This document shows positions 19,656-31,301 of a stretch of DNA of 64,000 nt, one piece after another. The DNA is taken from positions 224,001 to 288,000 of the forward strand of contig CAVOHZ010000003.1 of assembly GCA_963695855.1 (NCBI GenBank), given 5' to 3'. The translations under genes and the position numbers were made by a program. Each line of letters starts with the position of its first letter. Position 1 is the first letter of the stretch. The DNA is from an uncultured Nitrososphaerales archaeon. GTDB lineage: Archaea; Thermoproteota; Nitrososphaeria; Nitrososphaerales; Nitrososphaeraceae. The notes under the pieces are model-generated. The model searched no databases. It was not told the origin of the DNA and saw only the letters and a list, made by a program, of their open reading frames with translations.

Positions 19656-20198
19656 TTGAAGCTTTATAATATTGGCTATATGAAAAAGAATTTGATATAT
19701 GTTCTTCTTTTTAGTTTATCGTTAGAAATTAGTTTTATAGCTCAGGATCGTGGAAGGGATTTTGGTTTTTATCAGAATGTTTCAGGTATTGAGGAATCTA
19801 ATGATTTGATAAAAAATTCAAAACAATTTTTTCAATCGGCGGATAATCAAGTCAAGTTATACTTTAACGAATTTTATCAAGCTTATTCGGACTGGAAACA
19901 AGGAAAAAATAATAATGAAACTCTAATTCAAAAGACCAATGATTATACTTTAACCCTTGAAAATATTTCTAAAAAAATGGAGAATTTCTCACCTTCTAAA
20001 GAATATTCGCCAATATTTCAATCATATCTAAAATCAATAAATAGTGAAATAGATAGTAATAAACATTTTGTCAAATATCTTGAAACAGGAAATATTACAG
20101 AGAAAAATATATCTGAGGACTTATTTTCAAAAGCAGCGGAATACGAAAACCAAGCCATTGGAACATTTAATAGAATAAATTCAGAGCTCCCGAATTAA
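19656..20198 (+). CDS. secreted helical hypothetical protein
   Basis: Hydrophobic N-terminal segment; start may be ATG 19680. Confidence 0.7.
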   Translation: MKLYNIGYMKKNLIYVLLFSLSLEISFIAQDRGRDFGFYQNVSGIEESNDLIKNSKQFFQSADNQVKLYFNEFYQAYSDWKQGKNNNETLIQKTNDYTLTLENISKKMENFSPSKEYSPIFQSYLKSINSEIDSNKHFVKYLETGNITEKNISEDLFSKAAEYENQAIGTFNRINSELPN

Positions 20199-20260
20199 TT
20201 TGTTTAGCAGAATTATAAGGCCCCGCTAAAATTTTATATCGATACCCAAATAGAGAGCAT

Positions 20261-20365
20261 ATGAAATGTCCTTGTTGTGGAGGCGAAATGGCTGAAAGTG
20301 AAAAAGAAAAGGTAATTTTATTTAAGTGTAAGGAATGTGGACTTAGCAATAGCCAATTGAAATAA
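20261..20365 (+). CDS. 34-aa zinc-ribbon microprotein (not in ORF track)
   Basis: MKCPCCGGEMAESEKEKVILFKCKECGLSNSQLK*. Confidence 0.7.
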   Translation: MKCPCCGGEMAESEKEKVILFKCKECGLSNSQLK

Positions 20366-20546
20366 AAATCGGTTTTAATTCATATGAATACGATTTGATC
20401 GAAATAAGGAAAAAAATACATTCGTGAGATAGTAAAATTAAAAAGTTTAATCTTGTATTTCTATTATACAATTTATATTGTGGTTACTAAAATGCACCAA
20501 TAATGTAACTGATGAGATTTATAAGGAAATATAGTTATTAATATGT

Positions 20547-21506
20547 ATGAATCGTTGCTTAATTTATGTCTTTATCTTGGTTTTATTCATTATAAATTTT
20601 GGGTTGGTATTCAATTTTGTTTTTGCAGAGGACAGTAAACCCGGATATCAGTTCTCCTTTAAATTTGGAGGAATGGGAGATCAAGATGGACAGTTTATGA
20701 ATCCTCATAGTATTGATATAGACAGAAACGGAAGTGTATATGTCACTGATACTGGAAACAATAGAATTGAAAAATTTAATTCCGAGGGTAAATTTATTTT
20801 AAAATGGGGAGAAACAGGTTCCAATGATGGACAATTTCTAAAGTTACATGATGTTGCAGTCGATCCTTCTGGCAAATATGTCTATACATTAGAACTAACA
20901 AATCACAGAGTGCAGAAATTTACTTCTAACGGTGAATTTATTTTGAACTGGGGGTTTGAAAGTACTGGAGGCAGTGGCTCTGACAGAACACCTCATCAAT
21001 TATCAATTGATTCAAATGGATTTGTTTACCTGAGTGATATGAATGGAAATCAGATACTTAAGTTTGATAAAGATGGTAATTTTATTGAAGTTCTTGGTTC
21101 CAAGGGTTCAGGAGAAGGACAGTTTATACATCCTCATGGAATAGTTTTTGATTCTAATAATAACATGTACATAACGGATATGGGTAATTATCGTATACAA
21201 GTTTTTGATAATAACTTTAGTCGAATCGCACAATGGGGATCGTATGGGAATGGTTCTGCACAATTTTTAAAAACATTTCCAGGCATAGATTATTTCGATA
21301 AGGAAAATATACTGGTTGTAGTAGATAAAACATCAGCTAATGTAAAGATATTTGATAATAAAGGTCAGTTTATTACAAAATTTGGGACGAAAGGAAAAGA
21401 AGATGGACAATTTAATCGACCAGAAGATCTAGCGTTAGACTCAAAGGGTAGAATCTTCATAGCAGATACAGGAAACTCACGAATAGAAGTATTCGATAAA
21501 ATTTAA
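20547..21506 (+). CDS. secreted NHL-repeat six-bladed beta-propeller protein
   Basis: Signal peptide; repeated GQF..P..I..D..G.VYVTD.GN.RI.KF units. Confidence 0.92.
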   Translation: MNRCLIYVFILVLFIINFGLVFNFVFAEDSKPGYQFSFKFGGMGDQDGQFMNPHSIDIDRNGSVYVTDTGNNRIEKFNSEGKFILKWGETGSNDGQFLKLHDVAVDPSGKYVYTLELTNHRVQKFTSNGEFILNWGFESTGGSGSDRTPHQLSIDSNGFVYLSDMNGNQILKFDKDGNFIEVLGSKGSGEGQFIHPHGIVFDSNNNMYITDMGNYRIQVFDNNFSRIAQWGSYGNGSAQFLKTFPGIDYFDKENILVVVDKTSANVKIFDNKGQFITKFGTKGKEDGQFNRPEDLALDSKGRIFIADTGNSRIEVFDKI

Positions 21507-22170
21507 TAAAATATAAATTTGATTAATTTCTAGTGTTTGATTTAAAGTAATGAAACTAATAACATCCAAAAGAGTAAACCGATAGATTAAGGCGGGATTT
21601 ATTATGGCCATTAAGCTATAGTCTCGTTAATACAAATGAAAACGTTCTAATCGCAAGTATTATTAGGTGGTTTTACAATAAATAATTTGATCTTTAACTT
21701 CATGCCTTAACCGATTTGTAAATAATATGTAAATCTGATTCTATTGAAATAGTCTAGTTAGAACAAGTGTCATTGTACTGTCATGAATTATTGTCCTTTT
21801 TAAAAAGATACTAGGATTCCAAATTGTTTCGGAAAAAAACCAATTTATTGTATTGCTCCAACATAATTGTGCTTGTTCAAAGAGAAATTAACATGATGAT
21901 GTGAACAATATATGAATTTCTTATTTAACCCCTCAACTCTTCCCATTCTAGTGATATATGGTATGATAAATTTATAACTCAATGATTCGAAATTCCTTTT
22001 ACAATATGAGGAGTTGTTCTGCCGTTTTTACTTTGATTCTCCAAGAGAAATAACTAGACAATATTTTGTAATATATTATATGATCAGCTATAGAGAAACG
22101 AAATAAATACATTAGTATCTTTATCAAATTAAAATAGAAAAAACAACTAGAAATAAAATATATTATGAAT

Positions 22171-23307
22171 TTATTTATCTATAGAGAACTCGTCGTATAT
22201 TTCTCCATCATTACCATAAAATGTACCCTTGAGTGTATTTCCGTTATTCACAATATCTACATTTAATACCCCGTATTCTATGAAACGTTCTGCGGTAAAG
22301 TCACTGGTAGAACCCAAACCTGTTGGAAAGGATCCACCCGTTCCCACAGTCACAAAAACAGTTCCCTCTATATTTTTATAATCGTTAGAACTATCATCTG
22401 TTATGTAGGGTTCGTCATCCTCTTCTTCGTTTAAAGAAAGAGGATACATTCTTTCATAAATATGTTGATGACCCTGCAATGCAAGATTTACTCCAAACTC
22501 GTTAAATAATGGATGATATGTTTCAGTAAATTTTTCTTCGTTTTCTGGAGAGGATCCTGATCCATAGGATTGTCTATGAAAGAATGCGATTATCCAATCT
22601 ATATTTGGATCATTTGAATATTTTTCTAAATCAGAGGTTGCGAATTCATATTGTTCTGAATCATCATCGTATGGAACCTCGGTTGACAGAGAGATAAAAT
22701 GAATATTTTCAAAATTAAAAGAATAATATTGCTTTTCCAAACCAAAATATTTCATTAAATCTTTCAATTTTTTGGAGCTTTCGGCATCATGATTTCCCAT
22801 TGTTATTTCTAATTTATCGGAGATCGGCTTAACCATTTTTAACCAACAACCCACGCTTCCACCGTATGAGTAATCTCCCAATCCAATAGCTAGTTCTGGA
22901 TCTAGTTCTTCTATATTTTTGATAGTTTTTTTACCTTTCGAGTTACAATCCGTATCCCCAACTGCAACAAAATTAAGTCTTGCGTATGAGGAGGACTCGT
23001 GATTATCTTCATTATCATCATTAGACTGGTGTTTATCTTCTTCTACTTTTTTTACAAATTCCGTTGTTTTACTTTCTTCAGAATAAGACTTCTTACTATC
23101 TGTAATTGAATTTGATTTATCGTCACCATTTCTTGATTGAGATGTTCCCTCGTCGTCTTCATGTTGATCTCCGACTCCACGAAAGACAAGATTATCATTT
23201 TTGTCAGAAACTGAAAGAGCGCTTGAAGAGTTTTCACTTAATGTAATAAGCATTAAAGATAAAAAAGGAATTAGAATAAATGGTTTAATGTTCGATCTAA
23301 TCAACAT
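22171..23307 (-). CDS. secreted calcineurin-like metallophosphoesterase
   Basis: VGD, GD.SY, GNHD, H, GH.H.YER motifs; signal peptide and acidic linker. Confidence 0.9.
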   Translation of the reverse strand: MLIRSNIKPFILIPFLSLMLITLSENSSSALSVSDKNDNLVFRGVGDQHEDDEGTSQSRNGDDKSNSITDSKKSYSEESKTTEFVKKVEEDKHQSNDDNEDNHESSSYARLNFVAVGDTDCNSKGKKTIKNIEELDPELAIGLGDYSYGGSVGCWLKMVKPISDKLEITMGNHDAESSKKLKDLMKYFGLEKQYYSFNFENIHFISLSTEVPYDDDSEQYEFATSDLEKYSNDPNIDWIIAFFHRQSYGSGSSPENEEKFTETYHPLFNEFGVNLALQGHQHIYERMYPLSLNEEEDDEPYITDDSSNDYKNIEGTVFVTVGTGGSFPTGLGSTSDFTAERFIEYGVLNVDIVNNGNTLKGTFYGNDGEIYDEFSIDK

Positions 23308-23860
23308 CCCAAAGTGGTAGGTTTAATGATATTTCAACATTACTAAGCAATTTTGATAAGAATAAAATCTGGATGTTAACTATGAATTTTCTATAAAATA
23401 AAATCATACAAGCTAAAGGAACTCTCGAATGAGAAAAGTATATATATACCACATAAATTGGGCTAAGTTGACATTTTTGTATTAAAGATGTTCAATTTTT
23501 ATATAGAATGAAGATATTTATTGAATATAATATCCCAATAGTAGAATTTACGATTGTTAGAAGACATAATACTTACCAATCTATATTTAATTGATCAAAA
23601 TGTGCATTAGTGACGATCGAACAGTTTTTTTCTCATTTGTTAGGAAAACTGGTTCCATAAAACAGATTATATATACAGTATGACTTTATTGCTACCTTTG
23701 ACTTTGTGACGCTATTATGTTACTGTTTACTATAACATCAGTCACTAAAACAATATTGCCCGAGCAATCAAATACATCGCAAGAAGTTTCTAGTAAACTG
23801 TAAGAATGTTTACGACCGTTAGCTACATTATGACCTAGTCTCAATTGAATAAAAGACTAA

Positions 23861-25861
23861 TTATTTATTTTTAACCTTAAGAAAGAATCTTATTGAAAAA
23901 TAGAAAGAAGGAATGAATACCAATATACTGGCGTACAATATAAAGATCAGTGAGATATTTTCATCTTTATCGATTTCCTTAGGTTGAAAAGTTCTCGATT
24001 CATATTTCTCTATTAGTTTCCTGATAATTTCCCCTGAATCTGTGCGTTCCCTGTTAAAATCAAAAGCATTCAAAAGGTTATTTGCAGATGAGTCACGTGA
24101 ATTTAGAGCAGGAAGATTATAGTTATATTCTATGAATTTCAGGATTGAAGCAGTATCATACAATGTACTGTCTACAAAACCCTGTTTTGAATATGGTGAA
24201 ATTATCATGGTAGGAATCCTAAAACCAAATTCATAGTCACTTTCTTCAGGTGGAATAACATGATCATACCACCCACCTGAACTACCGTATGTTAATATAA
24301 ACACGCTATGTTTCCAATATGTACTTTTCATAAGCTCAATAATCAATGAAGTAACAAACTCCTCTCCTTTGGTTACATCTTTTGGGGAACTTTCGTGACT
24401 ATCTGAGGAAATTATGTATGACACAGTTGGCAGATCACCTTTTAAATCTTTAAAATATTGTTTCAAGTCAACTATCTTGGAATTTAGTGTAGAATTTTCC
24501 ACGAATCTTGGAATTGCCAAAATTGGATTTAGCGTTAAGTGACGTTTTGAATTGTCATCATTTTTGGTGTAGTTCAAGTTTGGATCGTAGTTTTCTACAT
24601 AAATTTTCCATGACAAACCATTTTTCTCTAATAAATCAAATATCGTATTATTAATATTTATTAATCCTTCTTTAGGTACATTTTTTTTATATATATCAGG
24701 ATCGGCAGAATAAAGATGAAGGTTGTTAGCGAGGTCGTTAAAGGGTGATGCACTAAAAAAATTATCGGTTAGTACAAAGTATGATGCAAGAATCCAATAC
24801 ATGCCAATAATTTTGTCATCATAATATCCCATCACAATCGTTTCATTTTTGTCAGAGGACGTAGTTTTTTGAGCATCTATAAACCCATCCATAAAACCAT
24901 AATTATATGAAATGTCAAAAACAGATTTATCGAATTTGAGTTGAGATGTTTTTTTATTGACAAGATTAAATGGCTTTATCTTCTGAATCTCATGATCGTC
25001 GGGTGTTATTTTAATATCAAGGTAGCTCTTGCCATCAAAACTAATAAATTCATTTTTTGGTTCTGACTTGATTTTGTCCGGCTCAAAAATCAAATCGAAG
25101 TCTACTAGGGCACCATAACTTTTCTTAGCACTTTTAAACAAAGAATATACCTCGTTCTCTGTCAGAGGCCTATTCCAAATCTTGAGATCATCAATATCTC
25201 CTATGAAAAAAGAGTTTGATTTTAAAAAATTTGAGCCAATTCTAACGATAGGTATTTTATTATTATCAGGTATAGCAGCGTTAGTTTTTTTTTTTGAAAC
25301 CAAGACCTTATCAACATAGAGACTCAATAAAGATCCGTTGTATGAAACCAGCACACTGTGCCATCTGGTATCATTATACTTTTGCTTGGAAGTTAAAAAA
25401 TAATCTGAACCTGTTTTAGTTTCAAATCCAGCTTGAATTTTTTCCTCTTTATCGAGAATTACTCCAAAATTAAGGTTATTTCCGGGATTTTCCTTCCCAA
25501 TTCCCCCTTTATTGACCAGAATTTGCTCACCTTTTGACAGAGATTGATTCAATCTAAAGTCAAGATACACTGTAAAATTATTAAAATCAATTGTATTGGA
25601 CAGAGAATTTACGGGGATCGAAATATTATTAGGAAATCCATTGGCCCCAGGATATGTTCCAAAATAATTATCAAAGCTTCTACCTCCTTGAGAGATCACT
25701 ATAATGTGTTCTATGGGTGTTTGTGTACTATTTTTTTCATTTTCTTTAAGAGAATAAGATGGTTCTAGTATTGAAAAATTTTCAGGAGAGACAATAAGAT
25801 TGGAAAACAACAATACTAACAACAATATAGATGGCAGGACAATAATTTTTATATAAATCAT
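23861..25861 (-). CDS. phospholipase C/AcpA-type phosphoesterase-family protein with inserted LamG domain and C-terminal TM anchor
   Basis: PIEHIIVI..RSFDNYFGTYPGANG, DNFF, GGWYDHV.PP, FGFRIP.MIISPY; LamG (WH.V.VSYNG...LYVD...F.G.IDDL.IWNR) inserted after the first motif. Confidence 0.85.
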   Translation of the reverse strand: MIYIKIIVLPSILLLVLLFSNLIVSPENFSILEPSYSLKENEKNSTQTPIEHIIVISQGGRSFDNYFGTYPGANGFPNNISIPVNSLSNTIDFNNFTVYLDFRLNQSLSKGEQILVNKGGIGKENPGNNLNFGVILDKEEKIQAGFETKTGSDYFLTSKQKYNDTRWHSVLVSYNGSLLSLYVDKVLVSKKKTNAAIPDNNKIPIVRIGSNFLKSNSFFIGDIDDLKIWNRPLTENEVYSLFKSAKKSYGALVDFDLIFEPDKIKSEPKNEFISFDGKSYLDIKITPDDHEIQKIKPFNLVNKKTSQLKFDKSVFDISYNYGFMDGFIDAQKTTSSDKNETIVMGYYDDKIIGMYWILASYFVLTDNFFSASPFNDLANNLHLYSADPDIYKKNVPKEGLININNTIFDLLEKNGLSWKIYVENYDPNLNYTKNDDNSKRHLTLNPILAIPRFVENSTLNSKIVDLKQYFKDLKGDLPTVSYIISSDSHESSPKDVTKGEEFVTSLIIELMKSTYWKHSVFILTYGSSGGWYDHVIPPEESDYEFGFRIPTMIISPYSKQGFVDSTLYDTASILKFIEYNYNLPALNSRDSSANNLLNAFDFNRERTDSGEIIRKLIEKYESRTFQPKEIDKDENISLIFILYASILVFIPSFYFSIRFFLKVKNK

Positions 25862-25927
25862 CTCACTTCACCTCAGATGACATCAAGAATTTGTCGCACA
25901 GAAATAACTTTCTAGTCATGATTATAT

Positions 25928-27451
25928 TTAATTTATAGAATATACTATTATTGCAGGCTTTGATAAAGTTTTTCCGTGCTCATCAGTATAGTACTCATAT
26001 GAGGTATAAACTGGAATTGCATTGTATTTTTTTATATATTGATCCATTTTTTGAGCTTCATTTTTCAAAAATGGTGCGTTTTCTAATTGTATTTTTTCAT
26101 AGACAAGATAGTTTATTTTTTTAGAGATAATTAGAAAATCGGCATTATCAATCTTATCATAAGCTGGATTGTTGTTAGACTGCAGGGAAAAAGAATCCCT
26201 GTGTGAATAATATTTTATATTATTCGACATATGGGTATAAAGTGTCAATGCTGTAGAATTTTCAGGAGTGTTTTCTTTTATCCATAGAGATGCATCTTTC
26301 ATATAAGGAATTGATTCAGAGCCCAAAATAGGATTGTGAGGGATCAGAAATACAAAATTATATACAAAATAAGCATTGGAAATCAAAATTATTGGCACTA
26401 GAAGAATAATAACCAATATTTTAATCCTAAAATTGCTGAGCCAAGATCCAAAGATAAAAGATGTTCCAATAATTATAAATAAAGGAATAACAGAATATAA
26501 AAAAGTATAATTCTTTATAGATATTGACTGATAAAAAAGAACCAGTATTGGAATCCAAACTAAAGGTATAGATACAATTTGCGTATTCCATAACTTTCTA
26601 TTAACGATGAAATATATATAAAATAGAAAGACTAGGAAAAGAAGTGGATATCCAAGACTTTCCTTTGCTAATATATCAAAATAGTAAAAATTGTCATGAT
26701 TTGGAGGTCGTGAAGATTGCCAAGATACATATTCATTTATCGATTTGCGGGCATCTTCAATAAACAAATAAGATATCCAATATGGAGAAGAAACGATTAG
26801 AAACGTGGATAGAATAATGAAAATATTTTTTCCATTAATTTTTTTGTCCAGCGCCAAAACAAGGAGAGTTCCTATTATCACAATTATTCCGACTTCTTTC
26901 GAAAGAAAAGATAATCCAGAACATGCGCCTATAAAATATAAATATAAAGTGTTATTATTTCGTAAATATAGTACTAACATTAGTATATTCAGCATCAAAA
27001 AAAAAGATAACGAAACATCGACTAGAACTTGTCTTGAAATTATAATATGGTATGGTAAAAAACTCAATATTAATGAGGAAACTATTGCAATTGATTTCGA
27101 ATAAATAAATTTAGCTATAAAATAACAAAATAACACAACACCGGTTCCCATGATTGATGCAACTAATCTAGCTGAGGTTTCACTTAACCCAAATGTCAGT
27201 AATGATAATCCCACGAAAAACTGCATGAGCAAAGGGTGTGCTCGAAAAATAGAAAAATGCTCTCGAAATTCATCAAAGCTGGCCAGTGAAGCAGCTTGTC
27301 CTACATAAATTGTTTCGTCATTATTAAATCCCGGATCACCCACTCCGTAGAATCGTAATACAAAAGAAGCTGAAATCAATGTAATTAAAATAAAAACTTC
27401 TGTTCTTCTGGAATCGAGAACCTTATTCTTTTTTATGGAAGCTAGAATCAA
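25928..27451 (-). CDS. ArnT/PMT-like (GT39/GT83) membrane glycosyltransferase
   Basis: Multi-TM protein; NDE and HPLL in first loop, ARL, SR..LVD, LSKE. Confidence 0.88.
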   Translation of the reverse strand: MILASIKKNKVLDSRRTEVFILITLISASFVLRFYGVGDPGFNNDETIYVGQAASLASFDEFREHFSIFRAHPLLMQFFVGLSLLTFGLSETSARLVASIMGTGVVLFCYFIAKFIYSKSIAIVSSLILSFLPYHIIISRQVLVDVSLSFFLMLNILMLVLYLRNNNTLYLYFIGACSGLSFLSKEVGIIVIIGTLLVLALDKKINGKNIFIILSTFLIVSSPYWISYLFIEDARKSINEYVSWQSSRPPNHDNFYYFDILAKESLGYPLLFLVFLFYIYFIVNRKLWNTQIVSIPLVWIPILVLFYQSISIKNYTFLYSVIPLFIIIGTSFIFGSWLSNFRIKILVIILLVPIILISNAYFVYNFVFLIPHNPILGSESIPYMKDASLWIKENTPENSTALTLYTHMSNNIKYYSHRDSFSLQSNNNPAYDKIDNADFLIISKKINYLVYEKIQLENAPFLKNEAQKMDQYIKKYNAIPVYTSYEYYTDEHGKTLSKPAIIVYSIN

Positions 27452-27630
27452 ATTGAAGTTACAAATAAAAGATATTACGAATTAATAACCTTTCTAGTTT
27501 TTAAAACATTGACCAATAGAGTATTGATTGGTTTATCGTTTCGAAATGATGTTGCTCGACCCTGCTATTGTTTTTGATTCGTTTATGTTGATATGGTCTA
27601 ATTTATAGACGTCTATGAGATTTGGATGAA

Positions 27631-28444
27631 TTATTCATGAATGAGTTTTGCTATTTCAGTATATGGAGGCTTTGAGTCAACCACCAATCCAAGTTCATAA
27701 AGAGCGTCATCCATCTTATCTAATTGTACTGAATTTGTTTCAGTAACCTCTTGTTTTACTGTAGAATTGTAAATATCCTTTATAACAGAAATCAATCCTT
27801 TCGCTGTTTCATATGATATAAAGTTAGAAATAGTTTTATTATTAGAAACAGTGGGTTCGTTAATTTTTTGTCCCTCTTTATGTTGTGGATTTGCAGAATC
27901 ATGCATAGCTTTAGATGTTTATTTGAAGGTAAAAAATCAGGAATTATGAAAGAATGTTTGTAGTTGTCATCTAGAGAATTTACCAATTGAACAAAGTGTA
28001 ATGCATGTACCGTGGAATTGTTAAGAGAAGCAGCTTCAAGCCTAACACTAACAGATTCATCCAAAATCACATTCAGATTATCAATCAAGTTCATGATTTC
28101 TTCTTTTGCTGTTTTCTGAATTATTTGATTGCATATAACAGATATTGTATCCGTTATTTCGTTAGCAATTCGTTCATTTCTTTCAGACAATTCATCTCTA
28201 ATTTCATCAGTATACAATTGAGAAATTCTACTGAGATGTTTTTCAGCTTTATCGTAATCCTCTTCCGATACAAATTTTTTAATTAACTTGTCTTGGACTT
28301 TAATTTCATTCACAAAAGATAGAATAGTGAAGTTTCATCAGTACTAAAGGAATGGGCAAAAGCATTTAATATTGTATTACCACCAGTAAATATAAATGCG
28401 AGTGTAAAAATGGAAAGAAAGATTTTAGATTTTAATTTTAGCAT
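27631..28444 (-). pseudogene. frameshifted secreted helical-bundle protein
   Basis: Signal peptide from ATG 28444 (…NAFAHSFSTDET) then continues in ORFs 27792-28313 and 27631-27906 in other frames. Confidence 0.65.
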
Positions 28445-28610
28445 GTCGTGTTTAAATTTATCATAGAAATAATAAATTTATCTTTTTCATATAAAAAAAA
28501 TTATTTTTGATAATTGGAAAATAATTTATACATTATATGATGATCGTGTAAATATTTTTAGTTTTTATATAAAAAAATAATAGAAATGGTTTTTTAATCA
28601 TTCAACAAAT

Positions 28611-29168
28611 TCAGGGCAGTGGAAATGCTCTAGGTATTGGATATGGTAACCCGACTAATGTTACACTATACCATTTAGTTAAAGGACCGGGGTTAATACA
28701 GGTTAATTTTGAAGTTAATTCATTGGTACCGGGTTCAATTTCGTGAGTATTCCTATCATAGGTAAATTGCCATGTGGAAAAATCAGTAGCACCTCCGGGT
28801 CCGGTGGCGGTGACAATCCAAGATGGTTTTTGGTTATTCCAGTCCATTTCAACTATACAATCTCTTGTATTACTGTCGCTTGATAATCCAAGAATTGTAA
28901 CTGTACCAGAATCAACTTTATCCGCATTTTTATGAGATGTAATTTTAACAAACATTTTCGGGAATTTATCGTCTAGAGAAGAAGGTGGCAGGCTCTGCGA
29001 TGGAGTGTCTTGATTGAATATCGGACCAGTTAATTCTGACTCATTCTCTTGGCTATATACGGGGAAGAAACATACTCCTATCAAAAAAAATACTGCGGTA
29101 GAGACAGTAAAGCCCGAATAAAGAAAATTGCTACTATGCAAAAAAGAACTAAATCGAATAGATTTCAT
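28611..29168 (-). CDS. secreted protein with Ig-like domain
   Basis: Signal peptide; VKITS...V.I.G.SSD...C...GPGG..DFSTW.F...G.NELT.KL.C. Confidence 0.75.
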   Translation of the reverse strand: MKSIRFSSFLHSSNFLYSGFTVSTAVFFLIGVCFFPVYSQENESELTGPIFNQDTPSQSLPPSSLDDKFPKMFVKITSHKNADKVDSGTVTILGLSSDSNTRDCIVEMDWNNQKPSWIVTATGPGGATDFSTWQFTYDRNTHEIEPGTNELTSKLTCINPGPLTKWYSVTLVGLPYPIPRAFPLP

Positions 29169-29272
29169 TTATCTTCCAATAAAAAAATTTTATTTAATGA
29201 GAATTGTAAAAATGGATAGAGTATAAACTTAACATATTCTTAGCAAATATTGATATTTTCAGGTGTTTCTTT

Positions 29273-29482
29273 TTACGATCTCTTTTTAAGAAAAACGATA
29301 ATGCCAACTATCGAAATAGAGATTCCAACTATTATCAATATTAGACCATTTAGGCTCCATTCGGTATTACTGTACATAAAGGACTCAGCTGGTCCAATAT
29401 AAGATCTACTTTGGAGGAAAAATAAAATTCCAAGTGAAATTATTAATAATGAAGCTACCAGCAAGAAATATAGTTTTTTCAT
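29273..29482 (-). CDS. small two-TM membrane protein
   Basis: Two hydrophobic helices flanking FLQS...GP..SFMY...W. Confidence 0.75.
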   Translation of the reverse strand: MKKLYFLLVASLLIISLGILFFLQSRSYIGPAESFMYSNTEWSLNGLILIIVGISISIVGIIVFLKKRS

Positions 29483-29588
29483 ATGATCATGACCAGTATC
29501 TTTTCAAAGTTAATATTTTTTGGAAAGCGGTTTAACCTATGTTTTATTACTGTCAACCTTAAAAAGAATATATTTATCCATTTTTGTA

Positions 29589-30005
29589 TTAGGAACTAAA
29601 CAGACGCTCATGATCTTCCATCATGCATCTATTATAAACGAAATCAATTCCGTTCTTTTTCGCTAGCCCCATTGCTTCTTCATTGATCCCTTTTTGTAGC
29701 CATATGAGCTTAATTCCCTCTTTCTTCAAGAGATCTTTTATAACGTCCAGAACATCTTCTGATTTTCTAAATACATTAACTATGTCAACCTTTTGCTTTA
29801 TTTCGGAAACTCGATCATAACATTTCCTTTGAAGTATCTCATCTGTGTTTGGATTTACCGGAATTATGTTATATCCTTTTTGCAGGAGATACTCAGGAAC
29901 AAAATGTGAAGGTTTTTCCCTATGTGCTGACATTCCTACCAGTGCAATATTCTTTAAGGCATAGAACTTTCTTATCTCCCGATCGGAGTAATTATCAACG
30001 TTCAT
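29589..30005 (-). CDS. CoA-binding protein (YccU-like)
   Basis: IALVGMS...KPS, GYNIIPVNP, VDIVNVFR, IWLQ.GI, NRC. Confidence 0.9.
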   Translation of the reverse strand: MNVDNYSDREIRKFYALKNIALVGMSAHREKPSHFVPEYLLQKGYNIIPVNPNTDEILQRKCYDRVSEIKQKVDIVNVFRKSEDVLDVIKDLLKKEGIKLIWLQKGINEEAMGLAKKNGIDFVYNRCMMEDHERLFSS

Positions 30006-30127
30006 ATCATATCTTTGTTATCTTCGTCATTTATTTTATAGTCAAAATTATATATTTGAAAATAATTTAAATAAATAATCAGGAATAGAAATAGGGACTT
30101 GTTAATTATAAGATAGTATTTTCGTTA

Positions 30128-30643
30128 TTATTTCAATTCATCTTCGTCCAAAGGAAGTGAGAAACCACCCTCTTCAAGGGGAATATCGGTCATAGTTATC
30201 ATATCAAGAATATTGGAATCAAATTTTAGGTTTTGTTTAATTTTGCTTTTAAGATCGTTAATCACATCAGTAGTAGTAACTATTCCCAAAATATCATTAC
30301 CATCACTTACTGCCAGGTGTCTGATCCTCTTATCCACCATGAATTTAACTGCCTCTTTTATTGTAGAACCTTTATCTATCGTCAAAAGAGGAGAGGACAT
30401 TACGTTTTCGGCTGTAAGTGAGCTTGCTAAAATATCCTTGGCACAGATAGAACCCACTAGATCCCTCTCGGTAATGATGCCAATTATTTTATCAGATTCA
30501 CCTGTTACAGCTACGGAACTTATATTTTTTTTTATCATTAGTTTAGATATATCTGATGCAATACTTGATGAGTTTACCTTAACTATATTGTTACACATTA
30601 TTTGGGTTACGAATGTTTTTTCGGATTCTGCGCTATAATACAT
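30128..30643 (-). CDS. CBS-pair protein
   Basis: IIGIITERD, VMSSPL, IRHL.V, GIVTTTD. Confidence 0.9.
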   Translation of the reverse strand: MYYSAESEKTFVTQIMCNNIVKVNSSSIASDISKLMIKKNISSVAVTGESDKIIGIITERDLVGSICAKDILASSLTAENVMSSPLLTIDKGSTIKEAVKFMVDKRIRHLAVSDGNDILGIVTTTDVINDLKSKIKQNLKFDSNILDMITMTDIPLEEGGFSLPLDEDELK

Positions 30644-30805
30644 CCATATTATTTTTGAAATCTAGTTAAATAAAGATTTGTGAAATTTAATGAAATTTAT
30701 AATTACCTTATATGCAAGAGTAAATTATGGAAATCAGATGCTGTCATATGAAATTATAGGATAAAATGATTGACTTTTATTACTAGGAGGTAATAAAAAA
30801 TACAT

Positions 30806-31216
30806 TTGGGAAGATGGGATAGTGATACTAATAGATGGGATGACCACGGCAAAGAAAAACAATCGATTAGAGATTATAAAAAGATTGCCAAATATGTTAT
30901 AGCAGGTGGTTTCATAATAGTTGCAGTCATTGTCCTGATGGTTTTCTTTCCAAGGGCAGGATTATCAATTGAAATACAGGAGAGAGGAGAAGCAATGAAT
31001 ACAGTAAAAACCATTAGCATAAAAATCAATAACAATTATCCACAGGAACTCAAGAACGTTATTGTTCAATTTGGAGATAATGCAAGAAAACATTCTTTTG
31101 GAAATTTGGCACCATTTAGTTCAATATTTGTTACCCCTGATAATGAAGAATTGAAATTCGATAAGGTAATTGTTTCTGCTAATAACGGAGAATTTAACGC
31201 AGTGAAATACAAGTAA
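30806..31216 (+). CDS. membrane-anchored hypothetical protein
   Basis: Single TM helix followed by beta-rich domain. Confidence 0.7.
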   Translation: MGRWDSDTNRWDDHGKEKQSIRDYKKIAKYVIAGGFIIVAVIVLMVFFPRAGLSIEIQERGEAMNTVKTISIKINNNYPQELKNVIVQFGDNARKHSFGNLAPFSSIFVTPDNEELKFDKVIVSANNGEFNAVKYK

Positions 31217-31301
31217 AGTGTAACTAACAGTTTTACGTTTGTGTATCTTCTTTAGTGGGGGATCGATTTACATATGCAATCAAAAAGAATAATCGCCTCT
31301 G

